DNA of 64,000 nt from Macrostomum lignano (lineage: Eukaryota). The notes under the pieces were generated by a model, which saw nothing but the letters and a program-made list of their open reading frames with translations, was not told the origin of the DNA and made no database searches. The position numbers were made by a program, and so were the translations under genes. The DNA is taken from assembly GCA_002269645.1 (NCBI GenBank), contig NIVC01000538.1:434001-498000 (forward strand), read 5' to 3'. Below, piece after piece: positions 12,581 through 26,454 of the stretch. Position 1 is the stretch's first letter. The number at the start of each line of letters is the position of its first letter.

Positions 12581-13520
12581 TCTGAGTCAGTCTGGAAGAG
12601 TCTGAGTCTGTTTGGGAGAGTCTGAGTCTGTCTGGGAGAGTCGAGTCTGTCTGGGAGAGTCGAGTCTGTCTGGGAGAGTCTGAGTCAGTCTGGGAGAGTC
12701 TGAGTCAGTCTGGGAGAGTCTGAGTCAGTCTGGGAGAGTCTGAGTTAGTCGGTGAGAGTCGAGTCAGTCTGGGAGAGTCTGAGTCAGTCTGGGAGAGTCT
12801 GAGTCAGTCTGGGAGAGTCTGAGTCAATCTGGGAGAGTCTGAGTCAGTCTGGGAGAGTCTGAGTCAATCTGGGAGAGTCTGAGTCAGTCTGGGAGAGTCT
12901 GAGTCAGTCTGGAAGAGTCTGAGTCAGTCGGGGAGAGTCTGAGTCAGTCGGGGAGAGTCTGAGTCAGCCTGGGAGAGTCTGAGTCAATCTGGGAGAGTCT
13001 GAGTCAGTCTGGGAGAGTCTGAGTCAGTCTGGGAGAGTCTGAGTCAGTCTGGGAGAGTCTGAGTCAGTCTGGGAGAGTCTGAGTCAGTCTGGGAGAGTCT
13101 GAGTCAGTCTGGGAGAGTCTGAGTCAGTCTGGGAGAGTCTGAGTCAGTCTGGGAGAGTCTGAGTCAGTCTGGGAGAGTCTGAGTCAATCTGGGAGAGTCT
13201 GAGTCAGTCTGGGAGAGTCTGAGTCAGTCTGGGAGAGTCTGAGCCAGTCTGGGAGAGTCTGAGTCAGTCTGGGCGAGAGTCTGAGTCTGTCTGGGAGAGT
13301 CTGAGTCAGTCTGGGAGAGTCTGAGTCAGTCTGGGAGAGTCTGAGTCTGCCTGGGAGAGTCTGAGTCAGTCTGGGCGAGAGTCTGAGTCAGTCTGGGAGA
13401 GTCTGAGTCAGTCTGGGAGAGTCTGAGTCAGTCTGAGAGAGTCTGAGTTAGTCGGGGAGAGTCTGAGTCAGTCTGGGAGAGTCTGAGTCAATCTGGGAGA
13501 GTCTGAGTCAGTCTGGGAGA
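12581..13520. repeat. Minisatellite, 20-bp unit GAGTCTGAGTCAGTCTGGGA
   Basis: Direct periodicity. Confidence 0.95.
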
Positions 13521-14402
13521 GAAAATCAGACTGAACAGAGAACGGGGAGAACGGAGAGGAGAAACTCGGGTATAAAGCGGGTCACAGGTTGAGCGCAACA
13601 GGCTCTCAAGCCTCATCAAGTAAGCAATGAGTCCGTGGAGCAATGAGTCTTATGAAATTGGCATGAAATCGAACACTATTTAAAAACGGTTCAATACATA
13701 ATATTTGCCCTGGCACTATGGGTTAGAAGAGTTAGGGAGGCGCCGCGCCCTCGGAGACCCCGCGCCTGATGCAACAGGGTGGGGCTGTGGGTTGGCTTTG
13801 GCCCATAGACAATTAGCGGTATTAGACGGGCAGACGTGGAATATGATTAGCGAAAGTCAGGGGGGGGGGGTTGGGGGGCTTTTGGTCTCTAAGATATCCG
13901 CAACCATACAGATCTGCAGTTCCCATGCGGCTAGTGGTCTCAAGTTTCTTCTCGAACTTCTATTATAAGATAATGGGGGAGTAAGAATTGCATCACACTT
14001 TTGCAACGGACTGGGCTGTGATGCAATTGGCATATATGAGCGTAGAATTATAAAATATGAATATATTATGCATGCCAGGACCAGATGTCAATGAGATTGG
14101 GAATTAGTGTCTGTTAAAATGCTATATGCGCAGTATCCAAGCGTGCAGTTGAAGTCTCTGAGATCTGTCGCGAACTAGGTGATATGTGTGAAAATATCCC
14201 CATTAAGATCAGTATTGTCCGCAGCTCATTAACGGCTGTGTCAGTTTTATACTATGGCAGCTCTGGTCGAAGCAGAGTCCCGCTGGGACGCCAAATGTTC
14301 GACTAATATACTAAATAGCATTTTATTTAGAGTTTACCACACAGGAACTTAGCTATATAGCTCTAGATATTTAAACAATTGTAACAATGACTGTTTATTG
14401 AG

Positions 14403-14609
14403 CTTCACTGCTTCCACTGGCGCCTCACTGCTTCCACTGGCGCTTCACTGCTTCCACTGGCGCCTCACTGCTTCCACTGGCGCCTCACTGCTTCCACTGG
14501 CGCCTCACTGCTTCCACTGGCGCCTCACTGCTTCCACTGGCGCCTCACTGCTTTCACTGGCGCTTCACTGCTTCCACTGGCGCCTCACTGCTTCCACTGG
14601 CGCCTCACT
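14403..14609. repeat. Minisatellite, 20-bp unit CTCACTGCTTCCACTGGCGC
   Basis: Direct periodicity. Confidence 0.93.
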
Positions 14610-15639
14610 GAAGCTTTTCTTCTGCCCCCATATAATGTTGACACAAAAATTCTTGCAATTCCGCCAGAAATCCATAACTATATTTTTGATTTGCAGCAGA
14701 AATAACACGCGCATGCGCTTGAGAAATTTATTCTCTCAGCGCAGATCTTACAGAGATAAGACACCCAAGCATTGCATTTGCATACAACAGGTCTGCACAA
14801 TAAAACAGACAGAACAAGAATGAGGATCTTCCCTGCCCATGCAGCTCTCTGTTTCTCGTTATCTCTCTCGCTGAATTCCCCCACTGCAAGCTCGGGCGGC
14901 GACTGAGTCTGGCCAAGCGGAACAGTGAAAAGCGCTCGATTCGGAGGCTGGAAGAGAGTCAATGCTCCATCAAGTCGAGCTCGCAGCGCCCCTACCAATC
15001 CTTATCTGGTGTCCCGCAGTAATTGCCGCTTGGCTTAATCCAAGATTAGCTGTCCCAAGAAGCGTCCCGCGTAGTAAATCCCGGCCTCGTGGCGGGGAAA
15101 TTCTTCCCCATCAGTCTCCCTGATCCTCTCCTGCTTGGGGAGAGTGGAGCAAACAAACCGCTGCTGTTTGTATCCCACGGGATAATCCCCGGGGTAAAGT
15201 GTCAGAAGGAACCGGGGGGGTGGTGACCACCGTCGCTGCTTGCCGCTACCACCAGACCAGACGGGGTCAACAAAGAGGAGACTTGGGCCGCATTCCTCAG
15301 CGGTAGGCTGGGGTGGCCCAGCAAATCAGCGCCGGTCTGAGGAGGGGACGGGGCGGCGGCGGCGGCGGCGGAGCCGGGGGGACAACTGCAGGGAATCAGG
15401 CGAGTGGAATGGAGAGGGGAGGGGAGGCCGCGGGGGTCCCGGGGTGAGAGGGTTGGGGCGGAGGGTTCAGCGCTCTTTTGCTCTCTGGCCCTCCACCCAC
15501 CCCAGCTCCGCTCTGAAGTTGCGGGAGTTGGGAAATCTCCGGCATAAAAGACAGCGGACTCGCGATCGCCGATTTCTCTTTCGCTCTCAAGCAATCTCCT
15601 AAATCTCTGGCCCAGCTCTCAGAGACAAATTTGAACGCA

Positions 15640-15913
15640 ATGTCAAACGGAGGTCGGCACCAGCATCAGCACCAGCATCAGCACCAGCATCAGCACCAGC
15701 ATCAGCCGATGTTCTGGGACTCCGTCGACGGCAGTGGCGGCTCAGCTGCCGGGGACACCACGGCGATGCTGCTGCACAACTCGACCCCGCTGCTGGCCAA
15801 CTCGGAGCCCGGCTCGCCCGCCAGCATCGGAGGAGGCTCCATCGACTGCGACGATGAAGATCCCGAGAAGGCCGTCAACGTTGAGTGCGTGGTCTGCGGC
15901 GACAAGAGCTCAG
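15640..15913 (+). CDS. NR2F: COUP-TF/seven-up-like nuclear receptor, exon 1 (A/B region with HQ repeat, start of zinc finger 1)
   Basis: ATG 15640; ...VECVVCGDKSS-G; donor TCAG|GTAAGG at 15914 (phase 1). Confidence 0.9.
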
Positions 15914-15970
15914 GTAAGGTGCCCCCCATCGGTCGTGCGCTGCTCAGAGAGTAAGCGGGTGATAATGGCG

Positions 15971-16847
15971 GGTAGGGAGCGGATTCAGATGTTGTAGGGA
16001 GCGGATTCAGATGTTGTAGGGAGCGGATTCAGATGCTGTAGGGAGCGGATTCAGATGCTGTAGGGAGCGGATTCAGATGTTGTATAGGGAGCGGATTCAG
16101 ATGTTGTATAGGGAGCGGATTCAGATGTTGTATAGGGAGCGGATTCAGATGTTGTAGGGAGCGGATTCAGATGTTGTATAGGGAGCGGATTCAGATGTTG
16201 TATAGGGAGCGGATTCAGATGTTGTAGGGAGCGGATTCAGATGCTGTAGGGAGCGGATTCAGATGTTGTAGGGAGCGGATTCAGATGTTGTATAGGGAGC
16301 GGATTCAGATGTTGTATAGGGAGCGGATTCAGATGTTGTATAGGAAGCGGATTCAGATGTTGTGTAGGGAGCGGATTCAGATGTTGTATAGGGAGCGGAT
16401 TCAGATGCTGTAGGGAGCGGATTCAGATGTTGTAGGGAGCGGATTCAGATGTTGTATAGGGAGCGGATTCAGATGTTGTATAGGGAGCGGATTCAGATGC
16501 TGTAGGGAGCGGATTCAGATGTTGTATAGGGAGCGGATTCAGATGTTGTATAGGGAGCGGATTCAGATGCTGTAGGGAGCGGATTCAGATGTTGTAGGGA
16601 GCGAATTCAGATGTTGTAGGGAGCGAATTCAGATGTTGTAGGGAGCGGATCAGAGGAGCGGATCGAAACAGTAGGGAGCGGATCGAAACAGTAGGGAGCG
16701 GATCGAAACAGTAGGGAGCGGATCGAAACAGTAGGGAGCGGATCGAAACAGTAGGGAGCGGATCGAAACAGTAGGGAGCGGATCGAAACAGTAGGGAGCG
16801 GATCAAAACAGTAGGGAGCGGATCGAAACAGTAGGGAGCGGATCGAA
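15971..16847. repeat. Compound minisatellite in NR2F intron 1 (GTAGGGAGCGGATTCAGATGTT, then GTAGGGAGCGGATCGAAACA)
   Basis: A 22-24-bp unit switches to a 20-bp unit at ~16650. Confidence 0.95.
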
Positions 16848-17311
16848 TCAGAATAGCGAGCGGATAGATACCATAGACCCTTCTGTAACCGAGTAGTGAC
16901 TAAAACCACAATTAAGCTACCTCGTATCAACAAGCAGTCAGAACAAAATACCAATGATTGGCTGAGAGCATCAGCTATCGAAAAACCTGCCAATTGTTAC
17001 AAACAATAGAGACTTGTACCAATCATTTAATTGTAAGCTTTAACTCGTATATTTATAGTTGTGGGAATTCATTAACATAAACCATATCTAAACTGAGCCA
17101 CTTGAGAGGGGAACATAGAGTTTGAGGACTAGATTAAAATCTCTAATTCCAATACCATGGGGTAGATGAAGTTATCGAAAACTAATCTACTTTACTCCAG
17201 CTTCTCAACTCAATTCGCCTGCTGACGAAATTCCCAATGTCTCATTATAATGCTATGGATTAGCGTTGCAATAATCACAGATGTGGCAAATTCTTTGTTG
17301 TCGAGGACTTG

Positions 17312-17706
17312 GGTGTACATTGAGGGGGGTGAGGTTGTCGGGGACTTGAGTGTACATTGAAGGGAGTGAGGTTGTCGGGGACTGGGTGTAAATTGAGGGG
17401 AGAGAGGCTGTCGGGGACTTGGGTAAACATTGAGGGGAGTGAGGTTGTCGGGGACTTGGGTGAACATTGAGGGGAGTGAGGTTGTCGGGGACTTGGGCGA
17501 ACATTGAGGGGAGTGAGGTTGTCGGGGACTTGGGTGTACATTGAGGGGAGTGAGGTTGTCGGGGACTTGGGTGTACATTGAGGGGAGTGAGGTTGTCGGG
17601 GACTGGATGTACATTGAGAGAAGCGAGGTTGTCGGGGACTGTATGTAAATTGAGGGAAGCGAGGTTGTCAGAGACTGGGTGTACATTGAGGGGAGTGAGG
17701 TTGTCG
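17312..17706. repeat. Minisatellite, 37-bp G-rich unit in NR2F intron 1
   Basis: GTCGGGGACTTGGGTGTACATTGAGGGGAGTGAGGTT. Confidence 0.93.
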
Positions 17707-17836
17707 GGTGCCAATTTATCGAAGACAGCATGGCATTTATGGAGTATATCCATTTAAAATGGCACTTTAAAAGGACGAAAAGGCAATTAAACAGTGCTCA
17801 AAACCGTACATCGAGGCCCACTCCATCACCGCACAG

Positions 17837-18016
17837 GCAAGCACTACGGCCAGTACACGTGCGAAGGCTGTAAGTCATTCTTCAAGCGTTCAGTCCGCCG
17901 GAAGCTGTCCTACACGTGCCGTGGCAACCGGAACTGCCCGGTGGACATTCACCACCGGAACCAGTGCCAGTACTGCCGGTTTCAGAAGTGCCTGAAGAGC
18001 GGCATGCGGAAGGAAG
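17837..18016 (+). CDS. NR2F: COUP-TF-like nuclear receptor, exon 2 (DNA-binding domain)
   Basis: Acceptor cgcacAG|GC. Encodes [60 protein letters not shown] (P-box CEGCKS, typical of NR2F). Donor GAAG|GTGAG. Confidence 0.96.
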
Positions 18017-18239
18017 GTGAGTTTCCGGGGCTTATCGGAAGTTTCTGGGGCTTACCGGAAATTTATATGGTTTATAAGAAGTCTCTTGTGGTTTACGGGA
18101 GGTTTCCAAAATTTATGCAAAGTTTTTGCGGTCTTTCAACTTCATGGACTTTCTGGGTTTGCGAAGTTACTATGGATTATAAAAATGCTAAGCTTTGTGG
18201 GGCCTAAGCCATAGATAAAGAATTTCGATGAATTCGGTT

Positions 18240-18744
18240 AGGAGCGGATTCGAGGCGGATAGGAGCGGATTCGGGGGCGGATAGGAGCGGATTCGGGGGC
18301 GGATAGGAGCGGATTCGGGGCCGGATAGGAGCGGATTCAAGGCGGATAGGAGCGGATTCGGGGGCGGATAGAAGCGGATTCGTGGAGGATAGGAGCGGAT
18401 TCGAGGCGGATAGGAGATGATTAGGGGGCGGATAGGAGCGGATTCGGGGCCGGATAGGAGCGGATTCGGGGCGGATAGAAGCGGATTCTGGGGCGGATAG
18501 GAGCGGATTCGTGGCGGATAGGAGCGGATTCGGGGCGGATAGGAGCGGATTCGAGGCGGATAGGAGCGGATTTGTGGCGGATAGGAGCGGATTCGGGGCC
18601 GGATAGGAGCGGATTCGAGGCGGATAGGAGCGGATTCGGGGGCGGATAGGAGCGGATTCGTGGAGGATAGGAGCGGATTCGGGGGCGGATAGAAGCGGAT
18701 TCGGGGGCGGATAGGAGCGGATTCGTGGCGGATAGGAGCGGATT
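18240..18744. repeat. Minisatellite, ~21-bp unit GGCGGATAGGAGCGGATTCG(N) in NR2F intron 2
   Basis: Direct periodicity. Confidence 0.93.
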
Positions 18745-21567
18745 TGGGGTGGCGGAAATGTGCTTTATCTCTTCCCTAATGACAGCCTCAGTCATAAAGT
18801 TCTATCTTTGGTTTCCCCGCGCGCAATTCCCCATGGCAACCGCACTTCAACTGAAATATTTCGAAGCACCAAGTGTTGCCACCGCTCTCGAGGAAGCTTC
18901 ATCGCAACAGCCCGGGATCATTACTACATAAGTCCGGTCAGTTGCGTGAATCTTGGATTCGAACTCATAATAAGATCCTCAAGGAGTTGTCTGTGCAGTC
19001 CTGGTTTATCTTCGGCTCCTTTGTGTTTAGCAGCACGTGTCTCAACTCGAGCCGCGGCCACTGGGACAACCCGAGGGGATTGGAGCACAGGTGATCGGGA
19101 ACACCTGCGCCTTTGTCGACTGCCGACAGACAGCGCTGCCCTATTCTCAACGAACTGAGGACCACTTTACACTGGCCACTGTCCTTAACAGCAGAGGGGC
19201 TGTATGGACAATGCTTGAGTGGTCTGGTGGGATCGACCAAGTTTGTTAAAAACAGCACGACAGATAAATCTGATGCTCTGATCCCCCCTCTCACCGGCCC
19301 AGCGTGCGGTCATCTCAAGTCACCTGGGGGGGGGCTCCCACTGAGCTGCAACTCTGATGGGCGTATCGATAAAAATGAGGAAAAAACTTTGTGATGCTCA
19401 GCTACACAAAAGGCTCGGTCGGACGAGGGTCTTTAATTATCTGTCTGTCCCTCCCTCCCGCAGCCGGCCAGCAGGGTCTCAGAGGACGGGGCTTATTGGG
19501 GAAAATCTTCAAAGGCTTGGCTGGCGAAAGTCAAAAAAAAAATTAATCGGTGCGTCTGGGGTGGTGGCGTCGCGCGTGCGGCGGTTTACGGCAGAGGCTC
19601 CATTGAGGATTGCGGAGAGTTAAAAAGAGACAGAGCCAAGCCGAGTTATTAGCAAGGTGCAAATCCCCAATCGGAGGGCCTACGGGCGCAATTAATCCGC
19701 CCGGTCACCTGGGAGTCGCTTCAAGCGCACACCATTTTCTCTGAGAATAGCTACGCCACAGCTAAGGGAGGACTCGCGCAGTCAAGGCAGGCTGCAATAA
19801 TTGGTGTCCCATGAAATGCTTGGCAGTTTTGCCCACCAGAGAAGTCGCACGCACAGAGTAGAGTCTGCACGCATCCGGCTCAAGGCTGCATTAGCTGGCT
19901 TAGCTTCGCCTCGGTGCGAGACTGCTTACCGGATGTCCCAGTTAATTGTCGGTAGACGGTTAGGAGCTGTGAGCACTACCATCTCACTAAGTGGGATGGC
20001 GTGTGCGAGCCCTGGGCCAAAAGATTGACAGGGAGATGCGACATACAATAGCCAGACGTATGCGCCTTTTGCCCCTTCCTCTCCGGGAGTGAACCTGTGC
20101 CCCGCCCCTCCGACCTGCTCAAACCTGAGCCTACTATATAGGTGAAAGTGTTGCCTCTCCGGTTAATTGGGCCGAGTCTGAGTCCCTCCACCCGCCGCCC
20201 CAGCTCCCGCGGCTTTCAATGTCATTAACTGTTGTGCCCGCCGCCGCTGCGCACGGCCAGCAAACTGGAGCAGGACAGGGGAGGCGACTCCAAGCGTGAA
20301 AGGCGGAGAGACATAAGAAGGGGAGAAAAAGTCAAGGAGGGATGCGGCGGCCTGCGTAGAGGGATAAAAAGGGGGCCGCCGCGACGGGGGGATATCGCCG
20401 GCGGGGAGCGAAGATCGAGAGACATCGGAGGACCCTGGGACCTTTGCAAACCTTGTTAACGGATGCTTGCCCGCCGCGCTATACCGGGCCCCAGGGGGAT
20501 TTTCATCCCCACCTCCGCCCCGTGGGATGTCCGGGCTGCGTATGCGAGCCACCGGACCTTTCTCTTTCCTTCGACTCAACGGCCTGGGATCAGAGAATCT
20601 TCTTTCTCAAGCAGGGCGAGAAAAAAGTGTGGGATCTCTGTCAGCCTAACCCCCCCCCCTAATCAGAGGCTCCGCCCTCGTAGGTAGTAGCGGCAGACAA
20701 AGCCTCAGCCTCCGCCTCATCAAACTGGCGAGTCCGGAAAGGCCACTCTTAACAACTGCCGAGAGCACAAAGAGGCCAGGGGAGTCCTGGGGACTCAGCC
20801 AAGCAAATGACAGGCTGGCGAGGAGTCGAGGAGTGAGAAAAAACACAGCGGCAGATTGGCTTGTGACATGCTGGGATTGGAGCTTGCAACGCTGCCGGAT
20901 AGTCAGGGATGAGTCACGCCATTCGCCTGTCGCCCAGTTGACGTGTCGAATGCGGTTAAACGAATTTGCAAGATTATTTTAACCGGTTCGACCCCCAGCG
21001 CAGCATCGCTGCCGCCTCAACAGGTGTGGGGCGTCCAGACAGACCTCCTCCACTGTCTCTGGCGACCCCACGGCTGATTGATGGGGGCAGGAGGATCTCA
21101 CCTCTCAACCTCGGCAGCTCCCCATCACCCAAGTCTGCTCCCGCGGCCTCATTTATCAGCCCCCTAAAACACAAGGTTTGCCGCTCCTTAAGCTTCACCT
21201 TGGCGACAGGAACGAGAGAGGAGCGGAGGAGGGCCGTGACAGATCGGCCCCCGGCGCGTCCCCAGGCCGTGAAATTGCTGGCCGGGTTCCTCACCTGATA
21301 GATCGCTTCGGCCAAGGCTTGCCAGGGGGAGGGCAGGGGGGGGGGCATCCCCACGAGACTCTCGGCCGTTCCGCGCTGAAAGCTTCACGGGCGCTGCTCG
21401 CTCTTCTTTCTCAACCCACTCCTTCATTGCACCGAAAGAAAAACACCATAAGTCTCTTTTTCTGCTTTTTTCTCTTTCTCTGCTTTTCAGTGTCGGTAAC
21501 TCACCGGCGAAAGGCAAACAATAATTATAAGCCTGCCCCACCCCAAACCCCCCCGGGCTCATTGCAG

Positions 21568-21959
21568 CTGTGCAGCAGGGCCGGATCCCGCCGTTCCAGC
21601 AGGCCTACGCGGGCCTCTTCCCGCCGTTCGCGCCGCCCTCCTACTTCTCCTCCTTCATCAACTTGCTGCTGCGCGCCGAGGCTCCCCACGCTGCAGCCGC
21701 CGCTGCCGCCGCCGCAGCCGCCGCTGCCGCGTCGACCTCCGCGTCAGCCACACCGTCTTCGGCTACGTCGTCGCTTCCGACGCCGACTTCGCGGCCGCGG
21801 TTCCATCAGCCACTTGCGCAGTCCGGACCCGCCGGCTCTCATGCCCGCCCACAGCACCCGCCGCCGCCTCCGCCCCAGCAACCGCCGCCGCCTCCGCCGC
21901 CTCCGCCATCTCAGCCACCAGCACCGCCGCCTCAGCCAGCAGCTCCACCGCCGCCGCCG

Positions 21960-21991
<32 letters not shown>

Positions 21992-22365
21992 GCCCGCATC
22001 GACATCTGGAAGCCTGAGCAGCAGCTCGGACTCTGCCAGCGAGATGGCAGCCCAGCTGCTGTTCACCACCGTGGCCTGGATCAAGAACATCCCATTCTAC
22101 CCGGAGCTGCAGCCGGCCGACCAGCTCACCCTGCTCAGCCACTCCTGGTCCGAGCTGTTCATCTTGACGGCCGCTCACTCGGCCGCGCCAATTCATGCTG
22201 GACCGGCCATGGCCGCTGCGGCAGCCGCCGGCGGGCCGCCAGAAAGGACCGCATTGTACGCCGGGTACGCCAGGCTGTTTCACGACCAGGTGGAGAAGCT
22301 TCGAGCGCTGCGGGTGGACCCGGCCGAGTTCTCCTGCCTGAAAGCCATCGCGTTGTTCAACTCAG
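21568..22365 (+). CDS. NR2F: COUP-TF-like nuclear receptor, exon 3 (hinge and N-terminal LBD)
   Basis: Acceptor attgcAG|CT. Encodes AVQQGRIPP, FINLLLRAE (helix 1), SEMAAQLLFTTVAWIKNIPFYPELQPADQLTLL..WSELF and QVEKLRALRVDPAEFSCLKAIALFNS. Donor TCAG|GTGAG. Confidence 0.93.
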
Positions 22366-22573
22366 GTGAGCCGGTGATGGAGGGCAGCTGTGCAGATCAC
22401 AGGGCATGGATCTCTGGTCTGCGAGGCTTCTGCATTAGAGATGCTTAGTTGCTGGCGGGTGGTTGCTATGCTTGAGAAACTGGATCAACCGGATTTATAG
22501 TTTTTTATAGTTTTGCAGGGGGCTGTGGGCACCGTTGAAGGCAAGCAGGTATGGCCCGTTGCGCTGGCCACAG

Positions 22574-22851
22574 CACACAGGGGTGTACACAGGACACAGG
22601 GTGTACACAGCACACAGGGTGTACACAGCACATAGGGTGTACACAGGGCACAGGGTGTACACAGCACACAGGGTGTACACAGCACACAGGGTGTACACAG
22701 CACACACGGTTTACACAGCACACACGGTGTACACAGCACACAGGGTGTACAGCACACAGGGTGTACAGCACACAGGGTGTACAGCACACAGGGTGTACAG
22801 CACACAGGGTGTACAGCACACAGGGTGTACAGCACACAGGGTGTACAGCAC
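22574..22851. repeat. Minisatellite, 18-20-bp unit CACAGGGTGTAC(AC)AGCA in NR2F intron 3
   Basis: Direct periodicity. Confidence 0.92.
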
Positions 22852-22931
22852 TCAGGGGCTTGGCCCCATAGGCGTGAATTGTACCATAAAAAACAATACT
22901 GACCTCATCGACCGCCCTCACCATCGAGCAG

Positions 22932-23599
22932 ACGTTCCCGGCCTCACCGACCCGGCGCAGGTGGACGGTATCCAGGAGAAAGTGCAGTGCGCATTCGAAG
23001 AGTACGTGCGCTACCAGTATCCGCACCAGCCTGCCAGGTTTGGCAAGCTGCTCCTGCGGCTGCCGCAGCTCCGCCGGCTGCCGGCCACCGTCCTCGAGCA
23101 GCTGTTCTTCGTCAAGATGACTGGCAAGACGCCCATTGACGCTGTGCTGCACGACCTGCTGCTTAGCGGCCACCGGTCTATGGGCCCGCCGCTGCCGTTC
23201 ATAGGCCAGCAGCAACATCACCAGCAGCAGCACCAGCTGCATCACCAGCTGCAGCACCAGCTGCATCACCAGCTGCACCAGCAGCATCCTGGATCTCTGG
23301 CCTACCCGATGCCGCACCAGCTGACCCAGTATTTGCACTTCGCCCATTCTGCCGCCGCCACCGCAGCCGCCGCCGCTGCCGCCGCCGCATCGGCAGCCGC
23401 AAATTCAAACGCGCCGTCGTCAACTCCGACATCGACATCCTCGTCGGCATCGTCGGCGTGCTCGAATTCTTCGTCATCCTCGTCGGCTCCAGCCTCGGTG
23501 CGAACTCCGCCAACGTCGTCAACATCTTCGGGAGCGACTTCGCGCAGCGCTGCAACCGCTATCGGCGGATCGGCGAGCGTCTCAGCTGTGGCGTCGTGA
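22932..23599 (+). CDS. NR2F: COUP-TF-like nuclear receptor, exon 4 (C-terminal LBD, AF-2, long F-domain)
   Basis: Acceptor gagcAG|AC. Encodes [74 protein letters not shown]; TGA 23597-23599. The four exons sum to 1920 nt (639 aa + stop) with consistent phase-1 junctions. Confidence 0.94.
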
Positions 23600-23617
23600 G
23601 AGCAAACTGATTCAAGC

Positions 23618-23974
<357 letters not shown>

Positions 23975-24433
23975 TCCAAGATATCTTGTCAGCGATCCCC
24001 AGGACAGCAGTTTCAAATCTGTCCATGCTATACCTCAGTGTCTGTGATCGAGTCTCCCTTTTGTGTACAATCAATGATCCATGCTAATACACAAAAATGT
24101 TATGTTAAACCCGATTCGACATCAATATTGTGAAGTTCAGCATTGCAGCCGCCCCCCCCCAGTCCCGCCGCAGCTACAACAACAAAGATTTGAACCCAAA
24201 AATACGGTACAGTGCACAACGCGATACGTGTTTTGTTTAAGCAAGAATGTATTTTCTGTTTATTCGCTTTGAGTAACGTCCGACATAGTTTTGTCTTTTT
24301 TCTTGTGCAAGAATTTGTAACGCCAGCTTTGCCCTGTCTGCACTGTCTGCTTCTGTCTTTTGCTTTTGATTTTGTAACATATAAGTCTGAAACGCGTAAT
24401 GTTAATTTTTGTGTAGTTGGTAACATGCCCACC

Positions 24434-24439
24434 AATAAA
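24434..24439 (+). terminator. Candidate polyadenylation signal of the NR2F gene
   Basis: AATAAA ~835 nt after the stop, within an AT/U-rich putative 3'UTR. Confidence 0.45.
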
Positions 24440-25635
24440 TGTTGCATACATTCGTACTACAACCGTATTAATTATCAGCTTTAATTTCTCTTTTAATTGC
24501 AAAGCAGACGCCTACAAAGATTTGTTTTGCTTTGTTTAAAAAATCGTTAGGCTTTTATTCTGTAGAGGGCGGCGAGTGCAGCCCGTGAAAGAGATTTTGG
24601 AGTATCGGCACTGGGCCTTGAAGAGCCCGCATTGCCCCCTACTCTGCTTCCACATGCAGCTCGCGCAGATTTCGGATTTGCTAGGACAGCAGAGGGATTA
24701 AGGGGCGGCACTCGCGGGAGCAGTGGCAGGTAATGAGCTGCTTTAGCGGCCGCTGTTTCCACTGCCTGCTTTGCTCGATAGGGACATGAGAGAAGAGGGA
24801 GGAGAGAGAGGAGAGGAGAGACAGCTACCCGTCATCTGCTGATTTACATGTAAATTGGGTTCAGGTTCCTCAAAATGCCCCAACTGCAAACCCCAGCCAG
24901 GCCAAGTCTTGAAGCAGCGGGATTGCCTTCTGAGTATTTCGCATAGGGCACAGGCGCAGGGCTTTGGCGGGGATGAAGGGAGGGTTGGGGAAGGCCACGG
25001 CCCAGGCTGACACAGGCCCTGACTCCTGATCCTGCTGGCGGCATGATTAGCCTGAGATGCGGCGGCGGCCCCTCAGCCTCCTCCGCTCTCTAATTACTTT
25101 ATCGTACACTATCCTTGCCATGATTTGATTACCGCAAACAAGTGGGGCCCGGCCGCGGGATCGGATGGGGAAGAGTGGGAGGAGAGGGCTTGCTCCCACC
25201 AGTTCCCGCCCACCGCCCTCCCCCCCCCCCCCAAGGGGATCAAACTCCCCTGAGGGTGGGCGACGTTCTGGCAAATTGCATTACAGCTCCTCCAGACTCC
25301 GTCAGCTCTGGGGGGCGGGGCTGGTCTCCGCCTGCTGAATCTCCTTCATCCCTGATGCGGTGCGGCTCCAGAACCGGGTCCGCCAGGCCACCGACCATTG
25401 GCTTTCAGAGACCAAACATTTTTGGCTGCATTGGGGAGGGCGATTAGGGCTGAACTGAGAAAAAGTGATTTCTGTTTGGCTAATACTGATGACCGCTCTG
25501 TCATGCGAACGGAAACTCAATCATTTTTATTGTTGAATCAGTACCGTTGGTGGCAACTTAGTCATTTAACTGACAACTCAGTTATCAAAAATAGCAACTT
25601 ACTCATCTTAATGAGACTCAATCTACTTAAAAACA

Positions 25636-26454
25636 ACTCAGTCATTCTAATATCTCTCAGTCATTCTAATACCAACTCAGTCATTCTAATACCAACTCAG
25701 TCATTCTAATACCAACTCAGTCATTCTAATATCTCTCAGTCATCCTAATACCAACTCAGTCATTCTAATATCTCTCAGTCATCCTAATACCAACTCAGTC
25801 ATTCTAATATCTCTCAGTCATCCTAATACCAACTCAGTCATTCTAATATCTCTCAGTCATCCTAATACCAACTCAGTCATTCTAATACCAACTCAGTCAT
25901 TCTAATACCAACTCAGTCATTCTAATACCAACTCAGTCATTCTAATATCTCTCAGTCATTCTAATACCAACTCAGTCATTCTAATACCAACTCAGTCATT
26001 CTAATACCAACTCAGTCATTCTTATACCAACTCAGTCATTCTAATATCAACTCCGTCATCCTAATATCAGCTCAGTCATTCTAATACCAACTCAGTCATT
26101 CTAATACCCACTCAGTCATTCTAATACCAACTCAGTCATTCTAATACCAACTCAGTCATTCTAATACCCACTCAGTCATTCTAATACCAACTCAGTCATT
26201 CTAATACCAACTCAGTCATTCTAATACCAACTCAGTCATTCTAATACCAACTCAGTCATTCTAATATCAACTCCGTCATCCTAATATCAGCTCAGTCATT
26301 CTAATACCTCTCAGTCATCCTAATACCAACTCAGTCATTCTAATACCTCTCAGTCATTCTAATATCTCTCAGTCATCCTAATACCAACTCAGTCATTCTA
26401 ATACCAACTCAGTCATCCTAATATCTCTCAGTCATTCTAATAAGAACTCAGTCA
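25636..26454. repeat. Minisatellite, 19-20-bp unit CTCAGTCATTCTAATACCAA
   Basis: Direct periodicity. Confidence 0.94.

Noticed and set aside
18965-19294. 109-aa antisense ORF in NR2F intron 2 whose end (HLCSNP..TKEPKINQD..LRILL) faintly recalls a Penelope GIY-YIG tail
   Set aside because: No GIY/YIG motif, no RT nearby, and a length achievable by chance; a profile search would be needed to revive it.
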